From Lytechinus pictus (taxonomy: Eukaryota), in assembly GCF_037042905.1 (NCBI RefSeq), contig NC_087251.1, forward strand, positions 27,468,001 through 27,532,000: DNA of 64,000 bases. The letters are read 5' to 3'. Each line of letters opens with the position of its first letter. The first letter of the stretch is position 1. The notes beneath the pieces were generated by a model. That model was given only the letters and a program-made list of their open reading frames with translations, was not told the DNA's origin and ran no database searches. Shown piece after piece: positions 40,001 to 50,864 of this stretch. Made by a program: the position numbers and the translations under genes.

Positions 40001-43000
40001 AAGATAATGATTATAGCCAAATACATTTTGGTGGGTATTTCCTCTCTCATCACACTTTTTATCCATGTATATTTCATTTATTTGATGGGGAAAATGCTAT
40101 TTTACTTCTCATCAAATTTTGTCATTGCAGGTTCACTTGCTCTAAATCCCGCCGTCGAGATCCTTTGCGAGAAATTCGGCTGGCGTAAGACCTTCATCAT
40201 CCTGGGCTGTTGTCTCCTAGTACACGGACTCGTCTGCGCTGCTCTCTTCAGGAAGAAAATCGACTACGTGGAAATTGAAATCTCAGAAGAGGAAGACTCG
40301 GAGAACAGGGAAGAATATTACAATGATGATGAGATCAACACCGGTGATGATGTATTCAAAGCACAGCAGACAAATGGGTATATCCCAGTCAAAGGAAACT
40401 TCCAAATTGGCGAACCAGTTCTTCTTAGCACGCAACTTTCAACCATCGAGGAATCTGCACTCAGCAACGAGAATATCAATCAGAACTGCCATACTGGTAC
40501 GGCGCCAGTGCAGAGGAAAGAAAGCGTATCATTCGCTCCAACAACTCAGCTACCAAGCGACGGGGAGGAAGGGCTCCCGCGTAACGATAGCAACGTATCA
40601 CAGATGTCAAGTAATGGCTCAAGAAAAGACAGTAGGTCGAACTCTAGAGGACGTCAGGGAAGCAGCAACTCAGGGAAGAATGACCAGAATGGTAGGAAAG
40701 AGAGCTCGATCTCCCGGAAAGACAGCACAGGCAAGATGAGGAGAAATAGCTCCATGAGCAGCAGACGTGATAGCATCGTTAGTTTTATCAGGAGAGATAG
40801 CACATGGTCAAGAAGAGATAGTACACGGTCAAGAAGGATTCCCATACCAGACAACACGCCGAAGCATACAACCAAACAGTACATCAAGGCTTTCTTACAC
40901 ACGATGAAGGCGCCAGGCATCTTATTATGGGGGGCCGCCAACATTCTCATGAACATGTCGCTCATCTTTCCTTTCGTTAATTTTGTAAGTTGTCCATCTT
41001 CTCCTTTTACTTCTACACCATGAATTTACTTTGGTTAGCAGCTATGCTGTCAATGGTGTACTTTAAAACTTGAGGAACTTTATTGTCAATATTCTTTTGA
41101 AAGACACTTCACATGAATGGTCATTTTAATCCATATCATTCTCATCAGTGGAAGATCATTAGACAGTCACAGAAGTTTAATTTGTATTTTATTAGACGTC
41201 AGATGTATAGTAATTTGTTTTCCTATACGAGTTCCCTTGGAATGTTCTGAATGATATACTGATCATAGGTTGAAAATATCCACGATGCTCTGTAATACAT
41301 GTATTTCCTCATAATTGTACATCAATTTCTACATAACGCTAACAAAATATGTCAGGGCTTTAGTATTCCGCAGTGCTTGTATTGATCCAACCTGAATCCC
41401 CCCTAAGTATTTTTCTTATTATTTTCTGTAGATAAAATACATGGAAACTATTGGCATCCCATCAGCAAAAGGTGTCCACGTCCTCATGGTCTTCGGGTTG
41501 TCGGACATGGTCGGTCGAGGTAGTTCGGCTATGTTTGGAGATTACATCCCTTTCCACACCGTATACGTCTACCCGATCTGTAACCTCATCATGGGTGCTG
41601 TGACGATGTGTCTGCTGGTCATTGACACCATTCCAGGACTCTACGGTTACGCAATAGGTAAGCTCAGGCTGATGCCAATGACGTTGCCTTCATCAAGTTC
41701 AAAGGTGAAATGACAGATTATCAACCATTTACTCTCAATTTTAAACAAATATCTGCAATGGATTTTCGCAGAAAAAATGCTTCCCATCACAGAATCTCTG
41801 ACGACGACAGTTGCTCCACAATCTATTCAGTAATTACTTTCGCAGAATTGATTGATTGATTTTATTTGGCAAGTCACCATAACATACAGTAGTATACAGT
41901 AGCATTAAAACAACAGGCTTGCACAGGATGGCCCACGAAAGCTCGAAAGCTAATTTCCAGTGGGGTCTTCGACATACAGAATTAAGATAATAAAATTGTA
42001 AATTTTTACTATTTACATATTAAAAAATAAAGAAAAAAGATCAGAATTTACTATCACCAATAGATTAGATATATAGATAATATACACGAAGAATAAGAAG
42101 AAAAGAAGGAGAAGGAGGGTGAGGAATAGAAGAAGAAAGGGAAGGAGGAGGAGAAGGAGACGGAAGAAAAGGATGAGGAAGAAAATTAATAAGGAGAACA
42201 ACAGCAAAAACGGCGACAATAACAACACGAAGAGGAGAATAGAAGGAAGAGATAAAAGAAATAGAAAGAATAGAAGAAAGGACATATATCGAAGCTTCAA
42301 TCAAACTATGTAAAATACATAATAATACCTGGTAGAGAAGAGAAAAGAACTTAGTCAGAAGCATTTGCTGTCTACAAATTGTCAGAGATTGAAGTGTCAT
42401 CGGCCATCTGAAGAATTTGTCATGGAGCAATTTCTAATCGTATGAAAAACATCCATAGCTGAAGCAAGATTATGTCCCCATAGTCGTTCAGATATTTTCC
42501 CACCTTTTACCGAGCTAAGCTTCTATTGTTTACTATAAATCGAAAGTGATTTTTTAAAATATTTTTAGAGTTTGAGATTCCCTTTGCATGGCCTTTGTTT
42601 TTGTTCAAGAGTTTGGGTTAAATTTGCTAACACAAGCAGTTTCGTTTTTTTTTAACTTACATTTGATGGAATTGGCCTTTTATTGTCGGTAAAATTTTAC
42701 GGATCTATGAATTTTCCTTTAAAATAATTTTGTTGTTTTTATGCCTTACAGTTGTAGGTACCCTGACAGGAATTGTAAATAGTATGCTGCTCAAAGTTTC
42801 AATGGATCTATTTGGTCATAAGCTATTAGCCGAGGCATGGACATTGACTCTTCTAGCCGCTGGCATCGGTATCACATTCGGTCCTTCAATAGCAGGTAAG
42901 AAGATCCGTCATTCAGAAGAAACATGCAATGATTTTGATTGAAATGTAATAATGGCACTGGAAGTGTACTTCGGATTAATTCTAATATGTTCTGTGAGAT

Positions 43001-45165
43001 AGGCAAAACTGAAACGAAACAGACTTGATCATGTTGATGGAGTCCGTATAATTTATCCCTTTGAAATTTGATGATTTAGCAAAATAATGAAGTGATGTGT
43101 TGCAAAAGCATACCATCGGTCGGTTTAGAGTTCATGTCGTTGTTGTAAATCTGGCATTATCGAAGTAACTTGCATCAATGGTTATAATCTAGCATGTCTA
43201 GGATATTCTTTCTTCAAAGTTTTGGATGACATAAAATGATATTAATTAAGTCAGATTTCCACGCGAAACGTTTGCTCGATTCTGTATTAAACATGAAAGT
43301 TTCTACTAAAAAAATCTGATTAGAGGTCGGTTCCTGCAAAGAAAGTTCAATTGAATAAAGCTCTGAACTGCTCCTTCCATGTTGTCTTAAGTTATCGCCA
43401 CTGTCCTCAATAGTTTGGGTGGGTTCTTTCGGTTTAATTCACATTGTTATCTTGGGTCAAACTGTACAATTTGTGGGAGCTATCGGGAGGTTGGCTGTGA
43501 AGGTTTCCAGCAGAATGCATGAATCACTTTCGGGAATAAAGGATCGGTAACATATCACCATTACCATTTGCTTGAATGCATCTTAAGACTGTATTTAAAA
43601 GTTCGTAAAATGAGATAATTCAATATAAAAAGTACTTGGGGAGATATCCACCATTTTAAGTGATTATGTCGCTATCAGTCCCATTGTCATCATGTGACCT
43701 TTGATTTGTAACACACCTCCACCTTATCAGACACACCTCCAGTAATTGCTTGTTTGTTTTAGATTGGATCATAGCCAAGTACATGCTAACTGACACAATG
43801 CCTGACATGTGCCGCAGCGAGAATACTTAATTATATCTTGTTTGTTTCCGACATTCCATTTTTCATTGCAAACAGAAATATTCCTTGCTGCTCTTTACCT
43901 CATTTTTAAAGTTCTGATGCTTTCTTAAAATTCAAATTTGACGGATTATTTCAGAGTTTTGGCCCAGTGATCAATTGGCATCAAATTGCCCAACCCCAAT
44001 CATTTCATGACTTAAGTTTTTTATTGCCAAGGTTTGGTAAAGTCCTATTTTGGCTTTGTTAAAAAAATCCTATACCTTTGCCCTGTCTTATCAGTGATTG
44101 AGAAACAACGTCAGGTTATGAGTATCCGATGACTATTGTTTCGATTTATAGCTAAAGATGACGGGTACTGATGATTGCATTTCGTCATCCATTGACGATA
44201 ACTTCGGTCATTATGCCGCCACAAGGACCCTCTTCAAAGTATCTGGCATTAATGCCCTTTTTGTTTAATTATTTCATACTCGAAATGCCAGTCTGATCAT
44301 CTGATTATACCAATAGCGTTGGTTTCAACGGTCATTTCATTATTTTTGACCAAACAAGAATGTATACAGAGCAAACATCTGTTTTCGATCCGAGTTTATC
44401 AGTGTAAACTTGACTGTCCTTGTTCTGCAGATGCAACACAATGTACTCTTTATATTCAGTCACGTTGCAGAACATCTGAATTTCATGACAAAATAAACCC
44501 AGTGTTTGAAGGACATTTGCTCTCCTGTTTCGTATGCCCAGTGAAAACGGACATCCTGAGACCTATAGTATTCGAATAACAGCCCATTAGACATGATCCG
44601 AGTGCCCTTCTACGCCCAATGCCGATCGGTTGTAGTTAGCGAATGACATCTTTGGACAACCTTGTGGCGTGATGTGGCTTGATGGTGTCCAATATCGGCG
44701 CGAAATCAGACTTCAATCAATGTCATTATGATTTTGGTTATTAGTTTTGCCCAAAAAGAGGGATATCTGCGAAGTAAAATTACGTTTTCCAAATCTTTCG
44801 AATTCAGAAAACAAGGTATCGATCGACTTACGAACTTTTGTCTTTTTCTCCTTTTCTCAGGTGCATCATACGATTTAACGCAGTCGTTCGATGTCGCTTT
44901 CTACATCGGGGGTGGTATCTACCTCCTTGCAGCCGTCGTTACCCTTGCCATCCCTTTCGTCCAGAGGTGGAAGAAATGGGTTCCAGAGAAGAAGTCCAAA
45001 CCAGGGCTAGATGCCTTGCCAGAGGATGCCCTCCCTGAAAACTTAAGGAGACTATCCATCAAGCCTCTGGAAGACTCCATGGCGAAGGCGGAGCAGCAGA
45101 AACAACAAACAGAAGAACTTGAAAAGAGTGCGAAACGACTGGAGGAGAGACTGACCATTGTTTAG
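24884..45165 (+). CDS. SLC16/monocarboxylate transporter family MFS protein, 657 aa; join(24884..25031,39493..39789,40131..40984,41432..41657,42752..42895,44861..45165)
   Basis: Six GT-AG exons join in frame (1974 nt). SLC16 motifs: WGWLVTFATF..., SFGVIF, GWIGS, LFKRFGHRKVAIVG, YSLLFGVG, YFPRK, FGWRKTF, TM8 DMVGR, GPSIAGASYDLTQSF. Large central cytoplasmic loop. The paralog cannot be assigned by eye. Confidence 0.93.
25530..25770. repeat. Degenerate (GAT/GGT)n trinucleotide microsatellite
   Basis: Runs of gatgatgat and ggtggtggt. Confidence 0.85.
28235..28808. mobile_element. TTAA-site MITE (Kolobok-like) with long imperfect inverted arms
   Basis: TTAA|AGGACAAGTCC...GGACTTGACCT|TAA; the arms pair (tttcatcaaa.tcgga/tccgattttgatgaaa; aataagaaagttatg/cataactttcttatt). 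It shares aataagaaagttatga with the 21967 MITE. Confidence 0.8.
29156..29291. repeat. 136-bp near-perfect palindrome (68-bp arms, 4 mismatches, no spacer)
   Basis: The left arm agtgctaatttagcacttacagtg...ctagtttaaa is the reverse complement of tttgaactag...cactgtaagtgctaaattagcact. It is preceded by ta|CACTTAAAAAAA, a MITE-like end. Confidence 0.92.
30440..30627. mobile_element. Palindromic MITE with CACT termini and 2-bp target duplication
   Basis: CA|CACTCTTAAAACAAA...TTTGTTTTTAGAGTG|CA; internal gggtgc/gcaccc and ctagtca/tgactag pair. Confidence 0.75.
30650..30800. repeat. Degenerate (CCAT/TCAT)n microsatellite
   Basis: Repeated ccatccat/attcat units. Confidence 0.7.
31371..31590. mobile_element. 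hAT-like MITE with 8-bp target duplication
   Basis: TCCTTTAT|CATGGCCATGGGAAACG...CGTTCCCAGTGCCCTG|TCCTTAAT; internal gggggtgctg/cagcaccccc repeats. Confidence 0.7.
33020..33430 (-). mobile_element. Possible decayed CR1/L2-type LINE 3' end
   Basis: Minus-strand remnants ...HAVDI...ARKSR... and AVRNSLV*...KNSLEDFKSQV resemble the WNxLP...SLxxFK C-terminus of CR1/L2 ORF2, but are broken by stops and frameshifts. Confidence 0.3.
35241..35598. repeat. Tandem duplication of ~170-180 bp
   Basis: aagatgttcttaaaatattt...ccagacaatacatgaaaatgaaat.aagggagatcatgctgtgtacgtaat...aatgttaccct occurs at 35241-35409 and 35419-35598. Confidence 0.9.
36444..37022. mobile_element. MITE with ~40-bp TIRs and internal accct(t)aa subrepeats
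   Basis: ATTGACGAGTGGATACCATGCGAG (36461) pairs with CTCGCATGGTATCCACTCGTCAAT (~36979-37002); both flanks read ataattt(t)c. Confidence 0.82.
37661..37836. mobile_element. Palindromic MITE (PIF/Harbinger-like ends)
   Basis: ccgtttcata.agctgttcg.aagttaa.agtgactttaagaa pairs with ttcttaaagtcacttttaacttgcgaacagttgtatgaaacgg. Confidence 0.8.
39493..39789 (+). CDS. SLC16 gene exon 2
   Basis: Acceptor ttttccctgcag|; reads GWIGSVAFG...ATLGWSI; donor G|gttggt. Confidence 0.92.
40131..40984 (+). CDS. SLC16 gene exon 3 (TM5-6, large loop, TM7)
   Basis: Acceptor gtcattgcag|; reads GSLALNP...IFPFVNF; donor |gtaagt. Confidence 0.92.
41432..41657 (+). CDS. SLC16 gene exon 4
   Basis: Acceptor ttttctgtag|; reads IKYMETIGIP...DMVGR...LYGYAI; donor G|gtaagc. 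Confidence 0.92.
42088..42282. repeat. Purine-rich (GAA/GGA)n low-complexity tract in SLC16 intron 4
   Basis: Near-continuous gaagaa/ggagaagga units. Confidence 0.8.
42752..42895 (+). CDS. SLC16 gene exon 5
   Basis: Acceptor ccttacag|; reads VVGTLTG...DLFG...FGPSIA; donor G|gtaaga. Confidence 0.92.
44861..45165 (+). CDS. SLC16 gene exon 6 (terminal coding exon)
   Basis: Acceptor cttttctcag|; reads GASYDLTQSFDVAFYIGG...ERLTIV*. Confidence 0.92.
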
Positions 45166-45903
45166 AAGTCTCCTTGAAAGAAAAAAAAAAACAGAAATCG
45201 CCTTTGTGACAGGGTCCTTGTCATGTTTGAGGTGACAGCGAAATGGGTGCTCAGGGTTTGCTTTTGAAACAGGAACGACGCGCAGTCGGATCCCTGGCCC
45301 GCCCTCACCCGGACCCGCCTCTCGTTATATCTTTGCTTTATTCACGAACAACTCGCCAAAGTTTCTCGCAATATTTATATGCTATTCTGTGGGTTGTATG
45401 CTAGTATTGTATTATAGTGAGAGAAAGAAACAAGTCAATCAAGCTTGAGAACCGTCTTGAAAATAGTGCCTCAGATCATTTTTGTCATCTCGTCAATGTA
45501 CTGACCTTTATCTTGTGGTATTAAATTATGAGCACAAAAAGGTGTTTCACGCAAACCTCATAATCTGTTAAATTAACAGATGCAACGTAATGTGTGTGTG
45601 TAGAATTCATTTTACTTTCAAACGCTTGAAAAGATGCCATTTAAAAATGCATCTTTCTGGGTATGGTTCTGATAAAGAATCAGACACAATCATTATTACC
45701 CTAATTATATTATGATCATGATATTTTTATGATATTATTGTGCAGATTGTACATAAACAGGAGAAGTTATATCCTCCTTCAGCTCTATTTAAACCAATGC
45801 TTGGTGATTATATTTAAATTGTAAATAGATTTTCAAACAAAGAACATTGCATATGTGTGTTATGCATTTTCCCGATAAAGCAAACTATCTGCATTGCTTA
45901 TAT

Positions 45904-46030
45904 CATAATGATCTATTAACGATTCCGTTGCATAATGATCTATGAACGAGGATTCTGTTGTTCATTTTTAATGATATTACGGACGATTCTGTTACTTTTT
46001 ATAATGATCTATAAACGACGATTCTGTTGC
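45904..46030. repeat. Four-copy ~27-38 bp minisatellite in the SLC16 3' UTR region
   Basis: Unit ataatgatctat.aacga(c)gattctgttg. Confidence 0.8.
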
Positions 46031-47951
46031 CTATTAGGGACGGCCATTCTCATTTCTAAATTTTGCTCCTTTGAAAACGGAGTGCAATCAATTTGAAGAT
46101 TTTCTTTGTCTTTCGAATGATACGCTGCAAAGTATATATCTTATAGTTGTACTTTAAGCATTCATTCTTGCATCTTATTACGAGGAAGCTTTATCATGGT
46201 CAAGCAAGTAAAATTGAAACATGGGCTTCATGCTATTGGATGTAAAAAATATTCCCGATCTAGGTTGACAGGATATCATTTTTTTTTCTCGAGAATATCT
46301 TTTTTGCCCATCTTATTATGTCTTTGTAACTGTGTTAATTGTGTAGCATTGTAACGTTTGAAACCACATTTTCCTTTTTAATATTTTAAATTCGTAATGT
46401 TTTAACTAAATCTTTCAGTATCATAATCATATAAGCCTTCTATTTAATGAGTGCACTGTATCATAGTTATCTTGCTCTGTCCAAAGCAAATCAATACTAT
46501 ATCGATAATGCAATGTCCTTGTATGTAGTATTTATTTTGGTTATAGTTTGTATGATTTCGTTCAGTAGGAAAACCCTCTTGGTGTAAATAATATTTGTGA
46601 TGAGATTTCTTAATATCTTGCCACTATTAGTAAATCACGATCGTATCCTAATTATAAAAAAGTATATCATTATTAGTAGCAAATTAGTTTTAACCCCCCC
46701 AAAAAAAAAATCAAAACAAACCCGCTGTTAACTCGAGTAACCCTGATACTTTATCATCTCATCAACCTCATCCAAACATTTTATTTTGAATATTTCAACT
46801 CATATGGTTTGGAAAATGTCTGCTACACGAAATTTTATTGATATTATCGAATGAATTTAGGACTGCACATGTATTTTGTTATTAAAGTGTGTTATGGATC
46901 TTTTACTAGAGTTGGTAGATGAATTTTGCAATGTGGGAAAAATTTTAATATACGAATTATACGATACTCGCATGCTTAATTCTCTTTCTCACTTTATAAC
47001 TTTCGAGTTCATGTCACGTATCACTTGTTATAATGACGTCACAATTACTGAATGTGTAGAGTGAATTTGGTGGTATAGCATGCCGATAATAATAATGCAA
47101 AGTAATATGAGAGCATCACCTCTCTCATCACCTCTTGCTCCCTTTCATCACCTCTCTCCCCTTCTCTCCAACTCTTACTCCCTCTCCTCAACTCTTATTC
47201 CCATTTTTCCTTTTGTTTATTTCTTACCCTGCATGCTCTGTCTAGTTCAGAGAGATTAAAGTAGGCCATCTGTTCATCATTATTATTACAGAACAGTCGT
47301 TGCACATTAATACACCATGCTAGAGGAACAATCCTAGGGTATATAATGTCGATCTGTGCGAATCACATTTTGCAAAATGTATATGAAACATTCAAAACAT
47401 GGTATTATATCAGTCGGTAAGCCTGATGTTTGAAGCTGCAGTGTAAATGTCACTAATGGGCCTATACCTATTGTTGTGACTTGCACGTTGTTTAAATATT
47501 AAAGAGATTTATTAGCGATTTATGTTTATTAACAATGGAGGGAAACACAAAGAGGGGGTCACTGTTATGCCTGAAACTTCCACCACGCAGGTTATTTTTT
47601 GCAGCCACGTGAACGGAAACGTCTTTGGAAATAACGTGTTAGATTCGATTGACCTGGAGTCTGTTTCGTTGGTGTGACGTCATGTGTGACGTTGGTGTAA
47701 CTAATGGTATATTGAAAAAAAAGGTAATGTAGTAGTAATTATTTGTGTACATGAAATATTGACATGCTGTATGTATTGTTTAGTAATTATCGTGCCTTGA
47801 TTTGTGGCAATTTTGGTACAATGTTATAATGCTCCCTTTTTTCGGTAGTCAAGTCAACGTTTTCGACTAGGCATACTGTGTTATCTTCTCGAGCTGTCGA
47901 TGTCATGTGAATATTCGTTTAAAAAATACTTTTTTTCTTGAGAAAGAAACC

Positions 47952-47957
47952 AATAAA
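47952..47957 (+). terminator. Candidate polyadenylation signal of the SLC16 gene
   Basis: AATAAA about 2.8 kb after the stop, at the end of a T-rich UTR-like stretch, with a tttgtt element downstream. Confidence 0.4.
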
Positions 47958-49454
47958 AAAATTCAAAATGAAATTGAAGCAAATTTTGTTCTGTCATCAT
48001 TATTACGTTTCTTGTGTTCTACTGATAAGTATTTTCTGTATATAATTTATTATCTGTAATGAAATGGGGGGGGGGGGGTATTCCAGCGATTCCCTTTTGA
48101 ACTGCATGGCTGGAAATTTAATAACAATAGTACTAGACGGGCATTTATCAGATAGGCAGTGATTATTTTTAAAACTTGAAGAAAATAAATAATGAATCCG
48201 CATTTTAAGGATCCACTAGGGTAATTTGATATAAGTACCTTCTTCTAAATTTGCCTAACGTAATAGTCTGTGCTTACCAAATGCCATGAAATCGATTCGA
48301 TCGGTCTATTCGTTTTTATATTCATGTTTTTATCATAAATCATCACGGATCGCGATAGTTACAGGATAACGAAAAGAGGCAGAACATCAGAAGAACAAAT
48401 ATAAAAAATAAAAACAGGAAAAAGCGGAATATTATGTAAACATTAATGCAATTGAGCCTAAACCTTACTTGTCAGGAGTCTGCAAGCACTCTGTATATAG
48501 CATGTCCATCTGATAGAGACCTAAATCAATATTCAAGTTAAGTATTCAAGAAATAAGTAGTGTAGATATTTAGAAACGCAATTATGAGTGTAAATTCTGC
48601 TAAAGTATCATCTGTCTCGATTCATTGATTTGAATTTAGCATGGCAATTCGGCCTATTACAAGTACGTAGTATACATTTACACTCAGAAGTCATGCCTTT
48701 ATTTTGAAACCAGCATTGCTCTTGTATTCCTCCCTATCTTGTACATGTACTTTCATGTTTGTTAGGAAATATCCACCCCTGGAAAATGTATGCATTCAGC
48801 CCCTAATTGCCACCGATAAACTTTAGCAGAGCCCTTCCCATCCACCAAGGATGGCCACTTGGATGCCCCCTCCTGAATCCAGAATCGCTTTCGCCGCGCG
48901 TTGTTTGATGCAGTTGAGCAAAGAGCAAATATGGAAATTTAGAGACATAGGATTTTCATTTTAAAATGTGATACCATCCGCCAGATCTTTTTTGTTGTTG
49001 CAACTATTATTCATTTTGTTTACTCACTTATAGTGGAACGAGGCATCATAGTGAGCTAGATCGTAATTATGGGTAAAAATCTAAGCTTTAAATTGATATG
49101 TCATTCCCTAATCATATCTGTGATGAGTTATGATAAAGTATCAATAATTTTCAGTTACATATTTTTTTTCTGAGACGCATTGTAGAATAACTAGATAATG
49201 ACTATGATAAAAGCCTAGTGCCAATTCATTGGTTTGGGTTATTTCAACCAACTGGCTTGTGGTTATTCAAATATAATTCATATACTGACATAGCACCAGT
49301 CCAAGGTATTCACCGCAGAACAGATCACGTAATGTAATCAAAATCCTGTCAAGTAAAAATTTCATTAATTTTAAAAGTTTGATTATTTTTCAAAGCATCA
49401 CCATTACCATCATCATCAGTCATCATCATCATCATCGTCGTCGTCATCATTACC

Positions 49455-49602
49455 CAGGGGCCGCAGAAACGGGGGGGGGGGGGCTGCAGGGTTTCAGCCC
49501 CCGCACTTTTTCCCAAAACCATGACAAAAATGTAAAAATAACCATCCGATTGTGATTTTTTGCATGATCAGCCCCCCTTTCAAAAACGTTCAGAGGCCCC
49601 TG
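49455..49602 (+). mobile_element. Poly-G/C-containing MITE (same family as 3068-3221)
   Basis: Termini CAGGGGCCGC...AGGCCCCTG; inserted in a (CAT)n tract. Confidence 0.72.
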
Positions 49603-49722
49603 TTACTATCATCATCATCTTATCAATATGACCACCAATAACAATCATCATCATCACTAACTATAATCTAACTATAACTCAGATGCAATGATGAATGTAA
49701 ATGAAAATACTTTGAATATAAA

Positions 49723-49728
49723 TTTATT
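49723..49728 (-). terminator. Candidate distal polyadenylation signal of the CIMIP6-like gene
   Basis: tttatt on the + strand (AATAAA on the - strand) at the end of a stretch that is T-rich on the minus strand. Confidence 0.35.
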
Positions 49729-50655
49729 TCAACAGCAACAAATCAAATTTATATGCACTATAAAAACATAAACACAAATGTACAAAACCACATGCTCTTA
49801 ATTTTGCATAGTTGTATCAGTAATACAAGCTGAGAAGACTACAGAGTACTGAACTTCTCGAAAAAACAACACAAAAACGAATAACCTTCAGCCAATGGAC
49901 GGAATCCTCACATTAATGCAATAGACTAGTACAAAATATAACACAATATACTTTATAGTGCATGTCGATCATATTACTGGCAAGAATGAAAGTAGTCAAA
50001 TATTGACAATAATTCTTCTTCTGTTTTTCCACTTGTTAAATATTAAAAAAAATGACAACCTAAAAAAGGTTACATTCCCTTGAAAGACTGTTAATTGATT
50101 TAAATAATCATTTGAACAGTACCAAGGATCCAAGATAATATGGCAGGGAAAATGCACAAATTCTCCCCAAAAAAGATATCACTAAAGGCAAATTTGCTTT
50201 ACTTGTCAATGTATACCTCCAAAGACTCCAATGTAAGATGTATGATTATCACGGGTTCTTTTTTTCTTGCGGGGGGGGGGGGGTCACCTCTATGTTCTCT
50301 GTCCATTTGGATCCAACGCTTATTTAAACAAATCAATAATACAATCCCTTCAACAAGTCTTAGATATGAAATCTTATACGTCCAATTAAAAATTTGGCAA
50401 GATAAAATTCTCCCTCTCCATGCAAAGTAAAATGTTCTAGTTTACATTGCATTTGTTTTCCCATTACTTCCATTGTGCAAAATCACACTGCACATGATAC
50501 CTTAGTAAAAAGCTTCAAGTACATGTAAATCTACAATATTCCTTGATTTCAATTTCCCCACTAAACTATTATTATCTTTCTAATCATTTTTTGGGGGGTC
50601 TTTTTCTCACAAGTTTTCATGAAACAATTGTACATTAGGCATACACAGTTTGCCA

Positions 50656-50786
50656 ATGATAAAATAAGCAAAACTTCAAAATTGGAATATACAAAATATA
50701 ATGAAAGGCTCATCATGCCAATATATAAATGATAAAATAAGCAAAACTTCAAAATTGGAATATACAAAATAAAATGAAAGGCTCAT
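50656..50786. repeat. Tandem duplication, 73-bp period
   Basis: atgataaaataagcaaaacttcaaaattggaatatacaaaata.aatgaaaggctcat at 50656 and 50729. Confidence 0.92.
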
Positions 50787-50864
50787 ACGTGTAAACATAG
50801 CTGAATAACCCCACTTCTCCATTACTAGATAATTACTAGATTCATGAATCAATTTAGAGATAAT

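Noticed and set aside
39950..40130. N-terminal 60 aa of the 357-aa ORF 39950..41023
   Set aside because: Open intron sequence upstream of the acceptor at 40130; the real exon is 40131-40984.
42013..42430. Hydrophobic Leu/Phe-rich and Arg/Lys-rich ORFs
   Set aside because: Translation of a purine-rich low-complexity intron tract; not a membrane protein or protamine.
43600..43690. KYLG...LSD remnant resembling the end of a LINE reverse transcriptase
   Set aside because: A four-residue motif with frame breaks; could be chance.
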